From assembly GCF_044324785.1 (NCBI RefSeq), contig NZ_CP172127.1: 64,000 bases of DNA. One strand, written 5' to 3'. This stretch comes from Escherichia coli (GTDB lineage: Bacteria; Pseudomonadota; Gammaproteobacteria; Enterobacterales; Enterobacteriaceae). Made by a program: the position numbers and the translations under genes. The notes under the pieces were generated by a model. It did no database searches, was not told the DNA's origin, and was given only the letters and a program-made list of their open reading frames with translations. Below, piece by piece: positions 19,648 through 35,125 of the stretch; position 1 is the stretch's first letter; every line of letters begins with the position of its first letter.

Positions 19648-19926
19648 ATGATCGCGGAGTTTGAATCACGCATTCTGGCATTAATCGACGGTATGGTTGA
19701 CCATGCCAGTGATGATGAGTTGTTTGCCAGTGGGTATTTGCGTGGCCACCTGACATTAGCCATCGCAGAACTGGAAAGTGGTGATGACCACTCCGCTCAG
19801 GCGGTACATACAACCGTTAGCCAGAGTCTGGAAAAAGCCATTGGTGCCGGTGAGTTGTCGCCGCGTGACCAGGCGCTGGTGACCGATATGTGGGAAAACC
19901 TGTTTCAGCAGGCGTCACAGCAGTAA
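19648..19926 (+). CDS. yfcL: Uncharacterized small protein YfcL
   Basis: 92-aa [29 protein letters not shown]...; last gene of the prmB-aroC cluster. Confidence 0.85.
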
Positions 19927-19933
19927 GTAATGT

Positions 19934-19963
19934 GCCGGATAAGGCGTTCACGCCATATCCGGC
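19934..19963. repeat. REP element
   Basis: gccggataaggcgttcacgccatatccggc between convergent yfcL and mnmC. Confidence 0.55.
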
Positions 19964-19981
19964 AAGCAATGCCAGAGCAGA

Positions 19982-22054
<2,073 letters not shown>

Positions 22055-22065
22055 CTATTAATTGG

Positions 22066-22099
22066 CTGATCGGACTTGTTCGGCGTACAAGTGTACGCT
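22066..22099 (+). promoter_or_regulatory. fabB promoter operators: FadR-like site and FabR-like palindrome
   Basis: ctgatcggacttgttc (FadR-like) followed by inverted repeat ggcgtacaagtgtacgct (FabR-like), 50-80 bp upstream of fabB start. Confidence 0.5.
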
Positions 22100-22146
22100 A
22101 TTGTGCATTCGAAACTTACTCTATGTGCGACTTACAGAGGTATTGA

Positions 22147-23367
22147 ATGAAACGTGCAGTGATTACTGGCCTGGGCATTGTTTCCAGCATCGGTAATAAC
22201 CAGCAGGAAGTCCTGGCATCTCTGCGTGAAGGACGTTCAGGGATCACTTTCTCTCAGGAGCTGAAGGATTCCGGCATGCGTAGCCACGTCTGGGGCAACG
22301 TAAAACTGGATACCACTGGCCTCATTGACCGCAAAGTTGTGCGCTTTATGAGCGACGCATCCATTTATGCATTCCTTTCTATGGAGCAGGCAATTGCAGA
22401 TGCTGGCCTCTCCCCGGAAGCTTACCAGAATAACCCGCGCGTTGGCCTGATTGCAGGTTCCGGCGGCGGTTCCCCGCGTTTCCAGGTTTTCGGCGCTGAC
22501 GCAATGCGCGGCCCGCGCGGCCTGAAAGCGGTTGGCCCGTATGTGGTCACCAAAGCGATGGCATCTGGCGTTTCTGCCTGCCTCGCCACGCCGTTTAAAA
22601 TTCACGGCGTTAACTACTCCATCAGCTCCGCGTGTGCGACCTCCGCACACTGTATCGGTAACGCAGTAGAGCAGATCCAACTGGGCAAACAGGACATCGT
22701 GTTTGCTGGTGGCGGCGAAGAATTGTGCTGGGAAATGGCTTGCGAATTCGACGCAATGGGCGCGCTGTCTACCAAATACAACGACACCCCGGAAAAAGCC
22801 TCCCGTACTTATGACGCTCACCGTGACGGTTTCGTTATCGCTGGCGGCGGCGGTATGGTGGTGGTCGAAGAACTGGAACACGCGTTGGCGCGTGGTGCTC
22901 ATATCTACGCTGAAATCGTTGGCTACGGCGCAACGTCTGATGGCGCAGACATGGTTGCTCCGTCTGGCGAAGGCGCAGTGCGTTGCATGAAGATGGCGAT
23001 GCACGGTGTTGATACCCCAATCGACTACCTGAACTCCCACGGTACTTCGACTCCGGTTGGCGACGTGAAAGAGCTGGCGGCTATCCGTGAAGTGTTCGGC
23101 GATAAGAGCCCGGCGATTTCTGCAACCAAAGCCATGACCGGTCACTCTCTGGGCGCTGCTGGCGTACAGGAAGCTATCTACTCTCTGCTGATGCTGGAAC
23201 ACGGCTTTATCGCCCCGAGCATCAACATTGAAGAGCTGGACGAGCAGGCTGCGGGTCTGAACATCGTGACCGAAACGACCGATCGCGAACTGACCACCGT
23301 GATGTCTAACAGCTTCGGCTTCGGCGGCACCAACGCCACGCTGGTAATGCGTAAGCTGAAAGATTAA
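22147..23367 (+). CDS. fabB: 3-oxoacyl-ACP synthase I
   Basis: 406-aa [40 protein letters not shown]... Confidence 0.97.
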
Positions 23368-23373
23368 TTCGGA

Positions 23374-23409
23374 GTAGGTCGGATAGGACGCGTCAGCGTC
23401 GCATCCGAC
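23374..23409. repeat. REP element
   Basis: gtaggtcggataggacgcgtcagcgtcgcatccgac. Confidence 0.6.
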
Positions 23410-23444
23410 GATATGCGGCAATGCTGCCTCCGGTACTAAAGAAT

Positions 23445-23470
23445 AAGGGAACCTGATGGTTCCCTTTTTC
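23445..23470 (+). terminator. Rho-independent terminator after fabB
   Basis: Stem aagggaacc/ggttccctt with loop tgat followed by ttttc. Confidence 0.65.
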
Positions 23471-23628
23471 ACATTATTGACAATCGCCGCCTGTTCCAGG
23501 CAAACTTCCCGCTTTGTCGATTTCCTTCTGAAAAGACGTACGCGTTAAATCCTGCCAACGCACCGTAACCCTGAAACCAGAGAGATGAGACGGGGATACT
23601 CCTCGCCTTGCGCTGCATTCTGGAGTAA

Positions 23629-25802
<2,174 letters not shown>

Positions 25803-25900
25803 TACGTATCCTTATACCTGAAATCTTCGCAAGTATGCCTGGCCGCGAGATTATGGCACACTTGTCCGGTTAACTCTCGTCTCATACAGGTAACACAAAC

Positions 25901-27037
25901 GTGAAAATCCTTGTTGATGAAAATATGCCTTATGCCCGCGACTTATTTAGCCGTTTGGGTGAGGTGACCGCGGTTCCCGGGCGTCCAATCCCCGTCGCTC
26001 AACTGGCAGACGCGGATGCGCTGATGGTGCGTTCGGTCACGAAAGTGAATGAATCTTTGCTGGCAGGAAAACCCATTAAATTTGTTGGCACTGCCACCGC
26101 GGGGACCGACCATGTCGATGAAGCGTGGTTAAAGCAGGCGGGAATTGGTTTTTCCGCGGCACCTGGCTGTAATGCGATTGCGGTGGTGGAATATGTTTTC
26201 TCCTCACTGCTGATGCTTGCCGAACGCGATGGATTTTCACTGCACGAGCGTACCGTGGGGATCGTGGGCGTTGGTAACGTTGGTCGCCGTTTACAGGCGC
26301 GACTGGAAGCGTTAGGGATTACAACCTTGCTTTGCGATCCGCCTCGCGCCGACCGTGGGGATGAGGGGGATTTCCGCTCGCTGGATGAATTAGTTCAGCA
26401 TGCGGATATTCTGACTTTCCATACGCCACTCTTTAAAGATGGTCCGTACAAAACGCTGCATCTGGCGGATGAAAAACTGATCCGCAACCTGAAACCGGGA
26501 GCGATCCTGATTAACGCCTGCCGTGGCGCAGTCGTCGATAATACCGCCCTGCTGACCTGCCTGAACGAAGGCCAGAAGTTAAGCGTAGTGCTGGATGTCT
26601 GGGAAGGCGAACCGGAACTTAACGTGGAATTGCTGAAAAAAGTGGATATCGGCACGCCGCATATCGCAGGCTATACCCTGGAAGGTAAAGCACGCGGAAC
26701 TACGCAAGTGTTTGAAGCTTATAGCAAGTTTATTGGGCATGAACAACACGTTGCGCTGGATACGTTGCTGCCCGCGCCAGAGTTTGGCCGCATTACGCTG
26801 CATGGTCCGCTCGATCAACCGACGCTGAAAAGGCTGGTGCATTTGGTGTATGATGTGCGCCGCGATGACGCACCGCTGCGTAAAGTCGCCGGAATACCGG
26901 GTGAGTTCGATAAGCTGCGCAAAAACTATCTTGAGCGCCGTGAATGGTCATCTCTGTATGTAATTTGTGATGACGCCAGCGCGGCATCATTGCTGTGTAA
27001 ACTGGGTTTTAACGCCGTTCATCATCCGGCACGTTAA
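25901..27037 (+). CDS. pdxB: Erythronate-4-phosphate dehydrogenase
   Basis: GTG start; 378 aa (M)[21 protein letters not shown]..., D-2-hydroxyacid dehydrogenase fold. Confidence 0.95.
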   Translation: MKILVDENMPYARDLFSRLGEVTAVPGRPIPVAQLADADALMVRSVTKVNESLLAGKPIKFVGTATAGTDHVDEAWLKQAGIGFSAAPGCNAIAVVEYVFSSLLMLAERDGFSLHERTVGIVGVGNVGRRLQARLEALGITTLLCDPPRADRGDEGDFRSLDELVQHADILTFHTPLFKDGPYKTLHLADEKLIRNLKPGAILINACRGAVVDNTALLTCLNEGQKLSVVLDVWEGEPELNVELLKKVDIGTPHIAGYTLEGKARGTTQVFEAYSKFIGHEQHVALDTLLPAPEFGRITLHGPLDQPTLKRLVHLVYDVRRDDAPLRKVAGIPGEFDKLRKNYLERREWSSLYVICDDASAASLLCKLGFNAVHHPAR

Positions 27038-27102
27038 TCTCTTCTTCATGCTCTCTGCTGTAATATTGGCAGGGAGCTTTGCTATTTCTGGAGTAAACCA
27101 CC

Positions 27103-28116
27103 ATGTCTGAAGGCTGGAACATTGCCGTCCTGGGCGCAACTGGCGCTGTGGGCGAAGCCCTGCTTGAAACGCTGGCTGAACGTCAGTTCCCGGTTGGGGA
27201 AATTTATGCACTGGCACGTAACGAAAGCGCAGGCGAACAACTGCGCTTTGGTGGTAAGACAATCACCGTGCAGGATGCCGCTGAATTCGACTGGACGCAG
27301 GCGCAGCTGGCGTTTTTTGTCGCAGGCAAAGAAGCTACCGCTGCCTGGGTTGAAGAAGCGACCAACTCAGGTTGCCTGGTGATCGACAGCAGCGGATTGT
27401 TTGCTCTCGAACCTGACGTACCGCTGGTGGTGCCGGAAGTAAACCCGTTTGTACTGACCGATTACCGCAACCGGAATGTCATCGCCGTACCGGACAGTCT
27501 GACCAGCCAGCTGCTGGCGGCACTGAAACCGTTAATCGATCAGGGCGGTTTGTCGCGTATCAGCGTTACCAGCCTGATTTCAGCCTCCGCCCAGGGCAAA
27601 AAAGCGGTCGATGCGTTAGCGGGGCAGAGTGCGAAATTGCTCAACGGCATTCCGATTGACGAAGAAGATTTCTTCGGGCGTCAGCTGGCGTTCAACATGC
27701 TGCCGTTACTGCTGGATAGCGAAGGTAGCGTGCGTGAAGAACGTCGTATCGTTGACGAAGTACGCAAAATCCTGCAGGACGAAGGGCTGATGATTTCGGC
27801 AAGCGTCGTCCAGGCACCGGTATTCTACGGTCATGCCCAGATGGTCAACTTTGAAGCACTGCGTCCGCTGGCAGCAGAAGAAGCGCGTGATGCGTTTGCT
27901 CAGGGCGAAGATATTGTGCTCTCTGAAGAGAACGAATTCCCGACTCAGGTGGGGGATGCTTCTGGTACGCCGCATCTTTCCGTTGGCTGCGTACGTAATG
28001 ACTACGGTATGCCGGAGCAAGTTCAGTTCTGGTCGGTGGCCGATAACGTTCGCTTTGGCGGCGCGCTGATGGCAGTAAAAATCGCCGAGAAACTGGTGCA
28101 GGAGTATCTGTACTAA
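27103..28116 (+). CDS. usg: Aspartate-semialdehyde dehydrogenase paralog Usg
   Basis: 337-aa [27 protein letters not shown]... with Rossmann N-terminus; stop overlaps truA start. Confidence 0.9.
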   Translation: MSEGWNIAVLGATGAVGEALLETLAERQFPVGEIYALARNESAGEQLRFGGKTITVQDAAEFDWTQAQLAFFVAGKEATAAWVEEATNSGCLVIDSSGLFALEPDVPLVVPEVNPFVLTDYRNRNVIAVPDSLTSQLLAALKPLIDQGGLSRISVTSLISASAQGKKAVDALAGQSAKLLNGIPIDEEDFFGRQLAFNMLPLLLDSEGSVREERRIVDEVRKILQDEGLMISASVVQAPVFYGHAQMVNFEALRPLAAEEARDAFAQGEDIVLSEENEFPTQVGDASGTPHLSVGCVRNDYGMPEQVQFWSVADNVRFGGALMAVKIAEKLVQEYLY

Positions 28117-28928
28117 TGTCCGACCAGCAACAACCGCCAGTTTATAAAATTGCGCTGGGCATTGAGTACGACGGCAGTAAGTATTACGGCTGGCAACGGC
28201 AGAACGAAGTCCGCAGTGTGCAGGAGAAGCTGGAAAAGGCGCTCTCCCAGGTGGCGAACGAACCGATCACCGTCTTCTGCGCCGGGCGTACTGACGCAGG
28301 TGTACACGGCACCGGGCAGGTTGTGCATTTCGAAACGACCGCGCAGCGCAAAGACGCTGCGTGGACGTTGGGCGTAAATGCGAATTTACCTGGTGACATC
28401 GCCGTGCGTTGGGTTAAAGCTGTACCTGATGATTTTCATGCCCGATTTAGCGCCACGGCTCGCCGTTATCGCTACATCATCTACAATCATCGGCTGCGCC
28501 CGGCGGTACTGAGTAAAGGGGTAACCCATTTTTACGAACCGCTGGACGCTGAACGGATGCATCGGGCTGCGCAATGCTTGCTGGGCGAGAATGATTTCAC
28601 CTCGTTCCGTGCGGTGCAGTGCCAGTCCCGAACCCCGTGGCGCAACGTTATGCATATTAATGTCACGCGTCACGGTCCTTATGTGGTGGTAGATATCAAA
28701 GCGAATGCTTTTGTACATCATATGGTGAGGAATATTGTCGGCAGCCTGATGGAAGTCGGTGCCCACAACCAGCCGGAGAGCTGGATAGCAGAGTTGCTGG
28801 CGGCAAAGGACAGAACGCTGGCGGCAGCAACGGCAAAAGCGGAAGGGCTGTATCTGGTCGCGGTGGATTACCCTGACCGGTTTGATCTTCCAAAACCGCC
28901 AATGGGCCCGCTATTTCTGGCGGACTAA
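28116..28928 (+). CDS. truA: tRNA pseudouridine(38-40) synthase
   Basis: 270-aa [32 protein letters not shown]... Confidence 0.95.
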   Translation: MSDQQQPPVYKIALGIEYDGSKYYGWQRQNEVRSVQEKLEKALSQVANEPITVFCAGRTDAGVHGTGQVVHFETTAQRKDAAWTLGVNANLPGDIAVRWVKAVPDDFHARFSATARRYRYIIYNHRLRPAVLSKGVTHFYEPLDAERMHRAAQCLLGENDFTSFRAVQCQSRTPWRNVMHINVTRHGPYVVVDIKANAFVHHMVRNIVGSLMEVGAHNQPESWIAELLAAKDRTLAAATAKAEGLYLVAVDYPDRFDLPKPPMGPLFLAD

Positions 28929-29010
28929 CAAGAATAATGCTCGGAACATTTCAGGCTGTAGCCAACGTAGTTACAGCCTGAAAGATGACGAGTACAAGGC
29001 ATAGGCTAAT

Positions 29011-29670
29011 ATGGACCTGATTTATTTCCTCATCGATTTTATCCTGCACATTGACGTGCATCTGGCAGAGCTGGTCGCGGAGTACGGCGTCTGGGTTTAT
29101 GCCATTTTGTTCTTAATTTTGTTCTGTGAAACCGGTCTGGTGGTAACGCCGTTTTTACCGGGTGATTCATTGCTGTTTGTTGCCGGAGCGTTGGCATCAC
29201 TGGAAACCAACGATCTCAACGTCCATATGATGGTGGTGCTGATGCTGATCGCCGCGATTGTGGGTGACGCGGTCAATTACACTATCGGGCGGTTGTTCGG
29301 TGAAAAGTTATTCAGTAATCCCAATTCGAAAATTTTCCGTCGCAGTTATCTCGACAAAACCCATCAGTTTTATGAGAAACATGGCGGCAAAACGATTATT
29401 CTCGCCCGTTTTGTGCCGATCGTCAGAACGTTCGCGCCGTTCGTTGCGGGAATGGGCCACATGTCGTATCGTCATTTCGCCGCTTTTAACGTCATCGGCG
29501 CGTTGCTATGGGTACTGATTTTTACCTACGCGGGTTATTTCTTCGGAACGCTCCCCTTCATTCAGAGCAACCTTAAACTGATGATTGCTGGCATTATTTT
29601 TGTTTCAATATTGCCAGGTGTTTTCGAATTTATTCGCCACAAACGCGCTGCGGCACGCGCCGCAAAATAA
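29011..29670 (+). CDS. dedA: DedA-family inner membrane protein
   Basis: 219-aa hydrophobic [33 protein letters not shown]... Confidence 0.9.
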   Translation: MDLIYFLIDFILHIDVHLAELVAEYGVWVYAILFLILFCETGLVVTPFLPGDSLLFVAGALASLETNDLNVHMMVVLMLIAAIVGDAVNYTIGRLFGEKLFSNPNSKIFRRSYLDKTHQFYEKHGGKTIILARFVPIVRTFAPFVAGMGHMSYRHFAAFNVIGALLWVLIFTYAGYFFGTLPFIQSNLKLMIAGIIFVSILPGVFEFIRHKRAAARAAK

Positions 29671-29825
29671 AAAGTAACTCCGCGGTTCGACCACTTTTTT
29701 ATCCAAAGTTTCGGGCTGTTATGTTTTAATGTGCAACATTCATGGTCTGTTGGGGGCAAAAATGGCATTATGCGTCCCCAAAGATAAAACTGGCATCGAA
29801 CCAGGTTCAGACAGAAAGGTCCCTA

Positions 29826-30740
29826 ATGAGCTGGATTGAACGAATTAAAAGCAACATTACTCCCACCCGCAAGGCGAGCATTCCTGAAGGGGTGTGGACT
29901 AAGTGTGATAGCTGCGGTCAGGTTTTATACCGCGCTGAGCTGGAACGTAATCTTGAGGTCTGTCCGAAGTGTGACCATCACATGCGTATGACAGCGCGTA
30001 ATCGCCTGCATAGCCTGTTAGATGAAGGAAGCCTTGTGGAGCTGGGTAGCGAGCTTGAGCCGAAAGATGTGCTGAAGTTTCGTGACTCCAAGAAGTATAA
30101 AGACCGTCTGGCATCTGCGCAGAAAGAAACCGGCGAAAAAGATGCGCTGGTGGTGATGAAAGGCACTCTGTATGGAATGCCGGTTGTCGCTGCGGCATTC
30201 GAGTTCGCCTTTATGGGCGGTTCAATGGGGTCTGTGGTAGGTGCACGTTTCGTGCGTGCCGTTGAGCAGGCGCTGGAAGATAACTGCCCACTGATCTGCT
30301 TCTCCGCCTCTGGTGGCGCACGTATGCAGGAAGCACTGATGTCGCTGATGCAGATGGCGAAAACCTCTGCGGCGCTGGCAAAAATGCAGGAGCGCGGCTT
30401 GCCGTACATCTCCGTGCTGACCGACCCGACCATGGGCGGTGTTTCTGCAAGTTTCGCCATGCTGGGCGATCTCAACATCGCTGAACCGAAAGCGTTAATT
30501 GGCTTTGCCGGTCCGCGTGTTATCGAACAGACCGTTCGCGAAAAACTGCCGCCAGGGTTCCAGCGCAGTGAATTCCTGATCGAGAAAGGCGCGATCGACA
30601 TGATCGTCCGTCGTCCGGAAATGCGCCTGAAACTGGCGAGCATTCTGGCGAAGTTGATGAATCTGCCAGCGCCGAATCCTGAAGCGCCGCGTGAAGGCGT
30701 AGTGGTGCCACCGGTACCGGATCAGGAACCTGAGGCCTGA
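29826..30740 (+). CDS. accD: Acetyl-CoA carboxylase carboxyltransferase beta subunit
   Basis: ATG at 29826 gives 304 aa [35 protein letters not shown]... with N-terminal Cys4 zinc ribbon. Confidence 0.97.
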
Positions 30741-30809
30741 TAACTGATAAGGGCAGGGCCACTGGCTCTGCCCTTTTGCTATTCTCACCGTAACGAATCA
30801 GCGGATACC

Positions 30810-32078
30810 ATGATTATCAAACGCACTCCTCAAGCCGCGTCGCCTCTGGCTTCGTGGCTTTCTTATCTGGAAAACCTGCACAGTAAAACTATCGATCTCG
30901 GCCTTGAGCGCGTGAGCCAGGTCGCGGTGCGTCTTGGCGTTCTGAAACCAGCGCCATTTGTGTTTACTGTTGCGGGTACGAATGGCAAAGGCACCACCTG
31001 CCGTACGCTGGAGTCGATTCTGATGGCGGCAGGGTACAGAGTGGGCGTCTACAGTTCGCCGCATCTGGTGCGTTATACCGAGCGCGTACGTGTGCAGGGC
31101 CAGGAATTGCCGGAATCGGCCCACACCGCCTCTTTTGCGGAGATTGAATCGGCACGCGGTGATATTTCCCTGACCTATTTCGAGTACGGTACGCTGTCGG
31201 CGTTGTGGCTGTTCAAACAGGCACAACTTGACGTGGTGATTCTGGAAGTAGGGCTGGGCGGTCGTCTGGACGCAACCAATATTGTCGATGCCGATGTCGC
31301 GGTAGTAACCAGCATTGCGCTGGATCATACCGACTGGCTGGGGCCAGATCGCGAAAGTATTGGTCGCGAGAAAGCAGGCATCTTCCGCAGCGAAAAACCG
31401 GCAATTGTCGGTGAGCCGGAAATGCCTTCTACCATTGCTGATGTGGCGCAGGAAAAAGGTGCACTGTTACAACGTCGGGGCGTTGAGTGGAACTATTCCG
31501 TCACCGATCATGACTGGACGTTTAGCGATGCTCACGGCACGCTGGAAAATCTGCCGTTGCCGCTTGTCCCGCAACCGAATGCCGCAACGGCGCTGGCGGC
31601 ACTGCGTGCCAGCGGGCTGGAGGTCAGTGAAAATGCCATTCGCGACGGGATTGCCAGCGCAATTTTGCCGGGACGTTTCCAGATTGTGAGCGAGTCGCCA
31701 CGCGTTATTTTTGATGTCGCGCATAATCCACATGCGGCGGAATATCTCACCGGGCGTATGAAAGCGCTACCGAAAAACGGGCGCGTGCTGGCGGTTATCG
31801 GTATGCTACATGATAAAGATATTGCCGGAACTCTGGCCTGGTTGAAAAGCGTGGTTGATGACTGGTATTGTGCGCCACTGGAAGGGCCGCGCGGTGCCAC
31901 GGCAGCACAACTGCTTGAGCATTTGGGTAACGGCAAATCATTTGATAGCGTGGCGCAGGCATGGGATGCCGCAATGGCGGACGCTAAAGCGGAAGATACC
32001 GTGCTGGTGTGTGGTTCGTTCCACACGGTCGCACATGTCATGGAAGTGATTGACGCGAGGAGAAGCGGTGGCAAGTAA
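30810..32078 (+). CDS. folC: Dihydrofolate synthase / folylpolyglutamate synthase
   Basis: 422-aa ORF MIIKRTPQAASPLASWLSYLENL... Confidence 0.95.
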   Translation: MIIKRTPQAASPLASWLSYLENLHSKTIDLGLERVSQVAVRLGVLKPAPFVFTVAGTNGKGTTCRTLESILMAAGYRVGVYSSPHLVRYTERVRVQGQELPESAHTASFAEIESARGDISLTYFEYGTLSALWLFKQAQLDVVILEVGLGGRLDATNIVDADVAVVTSIALDHTDWLGPDRESIGREKAGIFRSEKPAIVGEPEMPSTIADVAQEKGALLQRRGVEWNYSVTDHDWTFSDAHGTLENLPLPLVPQPNAATALAALRASGLEVSENAIRDGIASAILPGRFQIVSESPRVIFDVAHNPHAAEYLTGRMKALPKNGRVLAVIGMLHDKDIAGTLAWLKSVVDDWYCAPLEGPRGATAAQLLEHLGNGKSFDSVAQAWDAAMADAKAEDTVLVCGSFHTVAHVMEVIDARRSGGK

Positions 32079-32730
32079 GTTTCAGAATCGGTTAGTGGGC
32101 ACGATCGTGCTGGTGGCGCTGGGGGTGATTGTACTTCCAGGGCTGCTGGATGGGCAGAAAAAACATTATCAGGATGAGTTCGCGGCTATCCCGCTGGTGC
32201 CAAAAGCGGGCGATCGCGATGAACCTGATATGATGCCAGCCGCCACCCAGGCGTTGCCGACGCAGCCGCCGGAAGGCGCAGCGGAAGAGGTGCGGGCAGG
32301 TGATGCCGCAGCACCGTCGCTCGATCCGGCCACTATTGCAGCCAATAACACCGAGTTTGAACCGGAACCTGCACCGGTCGCCCCACCGAAGCCGAAACCG
32401 GTGGAGCCGCCTAAACCAAAGGTTGAAGCACCACCTGCGCCGAAGCCAGAACCGAAGCCGGTCGTGGAAGAAAAAGCTGCACCGACGGGTAAAGCCTATG
32501 TTGTGCAACTGGGTGCGCTGAAAAATGCCGATAAAGTGAATGAGATTGTCGGTAAGCTGCGCGGTGCCGGTTATCGGGTTTATACGTCGCCATCCACGCC
32601 AGTGCAGGGTAAAATTACCCGTATTCTGGTTGGGCCGGATGCCTCGAAAGATAAGCTGAAAGGTTCGCTGGGTGAGTTGAAGCAACTTTCTGGCTTAAGT
32701 GGCGTGGTAATGGGCTATACGCCGAATTAA
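32068..32730 (+). CDS. dedD: Cell division protein DedD (SPOR domain)
   Basis: GTG at 32068 gives 220 aa (M)ASKFQNRLVGTIVLVALGV... with Pro/Lys-rich linker and C-terminal SPOR-like region; overlaps folC end by 11 nt. Confidence 0.88.
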   Translation: MASKFQNRLVGTIVLVALGVIVLPGLLDGQKKHYQDEFAAIPLVPKAGDRDEPDMMPAATQALPTQPPEGAAEEVRAGDAAAPSLDPATIAANNTEFEPEPAPVAPPKPKPVEPPKPKVEAPPAPKPEPKPVVEEKAAPTGKAYVVQLGALKNADKVNEIVGKLRGAGYRVYTSPSTPVQGKITRILVGPDASKDKLKGSLGELKQLSGLSGVVMGYTPN

Positions 32731-32739
32731 TACGGTCTT

Positions 32740-32772
32740 GCCTGATGCGACGCTGGCGCGTCTTATCAGGCC
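32740..32772. repeat. REP element (first of a BIME-like pair)
   Basis: gcctgatgcgacgctggcgcgtcttatcaggcc. Confidence 0.6.
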
Positions 32773-32789
32773 TGCGCAGGGGTAGAGCC

Positions 32790-32823
32790 GTAGGTCGGAT
32801 AAGGCGTTCATGCCGCATCCGAC
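32790..32823. repeat. REP element (second of pair)
   Basis: gtaggtcggataaggcgttcatgccgcatccgac. Confidence 0.6.
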
Positions 32824-32861
32824 ACGCATTGCCCGATGCCGCAAAGGCATAAAAAGTCGAT

Positions 32862-32893
32862 GGCGTTGAATATTTTTTCAGCGCCATTTTTAT
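32862..32893 (+). terminator. Terminator-like hairpin between dedD and cvpA
   Basis: 9-bp stem ggcgttgaa/ttcagcgcc (one G-U pair), loop tatttt, followed by atttttatt. Confidence 0.5.
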
Positions 32894-32916
32894 TGATGCG
32901 CGGGAAGGAAATCCCT

Positions 32917-32932
32917 ACGCAAACGTTTTCTT
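32917..32932 (+). promoter_or_regulatory. PurR operator (PUR box) upstream of cvpA-purF
   Basis: acgcaaacgttttctt matches the PurR box consensus ACGCAAACGTTTTCNT; 57 bp upstream of cvpA start. Confidence 0.65.
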
Positions 32933-32988
32933 TTTCTGTTAGAATGCGCCCCGAACAGGATGACAGGGCGTAAAATCGTGGGACACAT

Positions 32989-33477
32989 ATGGTCTGGATT
33001 GATTACGCCATAATCGCGGTGATTGCTTTTTCCTCTCTGGTTAGCCTGATCCGCGGCTTTGTTCGTGAAGCGTTATCACTGGTGACATGGGGTTGTGCTT
33101 TCTTTGTTGCCAGTCATTACTACACTTACCTGTCAGTCTGGTTTACGGGCTTTGAAGACGAACTGGTTCGAAATGGGATTGCCATCGCGGTACTGTTTAT
33201 CGCTACCCTGATCGTTGGTGCTATCGTGAACTTCGTGATAGGCCAGCTGGTGGAGAAAACGGGGTTGTCAGGCACCGATCGGGTGCTGGGCGTCTGTTTC
33301 GGTGCGTTGCGCGGTGTGTTGATTGTTGCTGCCATTCTCTTCTTTCTCGACTCCTTTACCGGGGTGTCGAAAAGCGAAGACTGGAGCAAATCACAGCTGA
33401 TCCCGCAGTTCAGTTTTATCATCAGATGGTTTTTTGATTATCTGCAAAGCTCGTCAAGTTTCTTGCCCAGAGCGTAA
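32989..33477 (+). CDS. cvpA: Colicin V production membrane protein CvpA
   Basis: 162-aa hydrophobic ORF MVWIDYAIIAVIAFSSLVSLIRGF... Confidence 0.9.
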   Translation: MVWIDYAIIAVIAFSSLVSLIRGFVREALSLVTWGCAFFVASHYYTYLSVWFTGFEDELVRNGIAIAVLFIATLIVGAIVNFVIGQLVEKTGLSGTDRVLGVCFGALRGVLIVAAILFFLDSFTGVSKSEDWSKSQLIPQFSFIIRWFFDYLQSSSSFLPRA

Positions 33478-33513
33478 GTGCTCTGAGATGTGGCTTAACG
33501 AGGAAAAAGACGT

Positions 33514-35031
33514 ATGTGCGGTATTGTCGGTATCGCCGGTGTTATGCCGGTTAACCAGTCGATTTATGATGCCTTAACGGTGCTTCAGCATCGCGGTCAG
33601 GATGCCGCCGGCATCATCACCATAGATGCCAATAACTGCTTCCGTTTGCGTAAAGCGAACGGGCTGGTGAGCGATGTATTTGAAGCTCGCCATATGCAGC
33701 GTTTGCAGGGCAATATGGGCATTGGTCATGTGCGTTACCCTACGGCTGGCAGCTCCAGCGCCTCTGAAGCGCAGCCGTTTTACGTTAACTCTCCGTATGG
33801 CATTACGCTTGCCCACAACGGCAATCTGACCAACGCTCACGAGTTGCGTAAAAAACTGTTTGAAGAAAAACGCCGCCACATCAACACCACTTCCGACTCG
33901 GAAATTCTGCTTAATATCTTCGCCAGCGAGCTGGACAACTTCCGCCACTACCCGCTGGAAGCCGACAACATTTTCGCCGCCATCGCTGCTACAAACCGCT
34001 TAATCCGCGGCGCGTATGCCTGTGTGGCGATGATTATCGGCCACGGTATGGTTGCTTTCCGCGATCCAAACGGGATTCGTCCGCTGGTACTGGGAAAACG
34101 TGATATTGACGAGAACCGCACAGAATATATGGTCGCTTCCGAAAGCGTAGCGCTCGATACGCTGGGCTTTGATTTCCTGCGTGACGTCGCGCCGGGCGAA
34201 GCGATTTACATCACTGAAGAAGGGCAGTTGTTTACCCGTCAATGTGCTGACAATCCGGTCAGCAATCCGTGCCTGTTTGAGTATGTATACTTTGCCCGCC
34301 CGGACTCGTTCATCGACAAAATTTCCGTTTACAGCGCCCGCGTGAATATGGGCACGAAACTGGGCGAGAAAATTGCCCGCGAATGGGAAGATCTGGATAT
34401 CGACGTGGTGATTCCGATCCCGGAAACCTCTTGTGATATCGCGCTGGAAATCGCGCGTATTCTGGGCAAGCCGTACCGCCAGGGCTTCGTTAAAAACCGC
34501 TATGTTGGCCGCACCTTCATCATGCCGGGTCAGCAGCTGCGTCGTAAGTCCGTGCGCCGTAAACTGAATGCCAACCGCGCCGAGTTCCGCGATAAAAACG
34601 TCCTGCTGGTCGACGACTCCATCGTCCGTGGCACCACTTCCGAGCAGATTATCGAGATGGCACGTGAAGCCGGAGCGAAAAAAGTGTACCTCGCTTCTGC
34701 GGCACCGGAAATTCGCTTCCCGAACGTTTACGGTATTGATATGCCGAGCGCTACGGAGCTTATCGCTCACGGGCGTGAAGTAGATGAAATTCGCCAGATC
34801 ATCGGTGCTGACGGGTTGATTTTCCAGGATCTGAACGATCTGATCGAAGCCGTTCGCGCTGAAAACCCGGATATCCAGCAGTTTGAATGCTCGGTGTTCA
34901 ACGGCGTCTACGTCACCAAAGATGTTGATCAGGGCTACCTCGATTTCCTTGATACTTTACGTAATGACGACGCCAAAGCCGTGCAACGTCAGAACGAAGT
35001 GGAAAATCTCGAAATGCATAACGAAGGATGA
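33514..35031 (+). CDS. purF: Amidophosphoribosyltransferase
   Basis: 505-aa [37 protein letters not shown]... with N-terminal nucleophile Cys. Confidence 0.97.
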   Translation: MCGIVGIAGVMPVNQSIYDALTVLQHRGQDAAGIITIDANNCFRLRKANGLVSDVFEARHMQRLQGNMGIGHVRYPTAGSSSASEAQPFYVNSPYGITLAHNGNLTNAHELRKKLFEEKRRHINTTSDSEILLNIFASELDNFRHYPLEADNIFAAIAATNRLIRGAYACVAMIIGHGMVAFRDPNGIRPLVLGKRDIDENRTEYMVASESVALDTLGFDFLRDVAPGEAIYITEEGQLFTRQCADNPVSNPCLFEYVYFARPDSFIDKISVYSARVNMGTKLGEKIAREWEDLDIDVVIPIPETSCDIALEIARILGKPYRQGFVKNRYVGRTFIMPGQQLRRKSVRRKLNANRAEFRDKNVLLVDDSIVRGTTSEQIIEMAREAGAKKVYLASAAPEIRFPNVYGIDMPSATELIAHGREVDEIRQIIGADGLIFQDLNDLIEAVRAENPDIQQFECSVFNGVYVTKDVDQGYLDFLDTLRNDDAKAVQRQNEVENLEMHNEG

Positions 35032-35125
35032 TGCCTTCGCTCAGGGTGCCGGTCTGGCACCCTGACTTGCAACTCCCGCCGAAATCCTGCAAAGTCTGCC
35101 TGCAAGTCTGACAGGGCAACTATTT

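Noticed and set aside
22237..23472. 411-aa ORF antisense to fabB
   Set aside because: Spans fabB on the opposite strand; arginine/histidine-rich low-plausibility sequence; the fabB translation is a clear match to beta-ketoacyl-ACP synthase I
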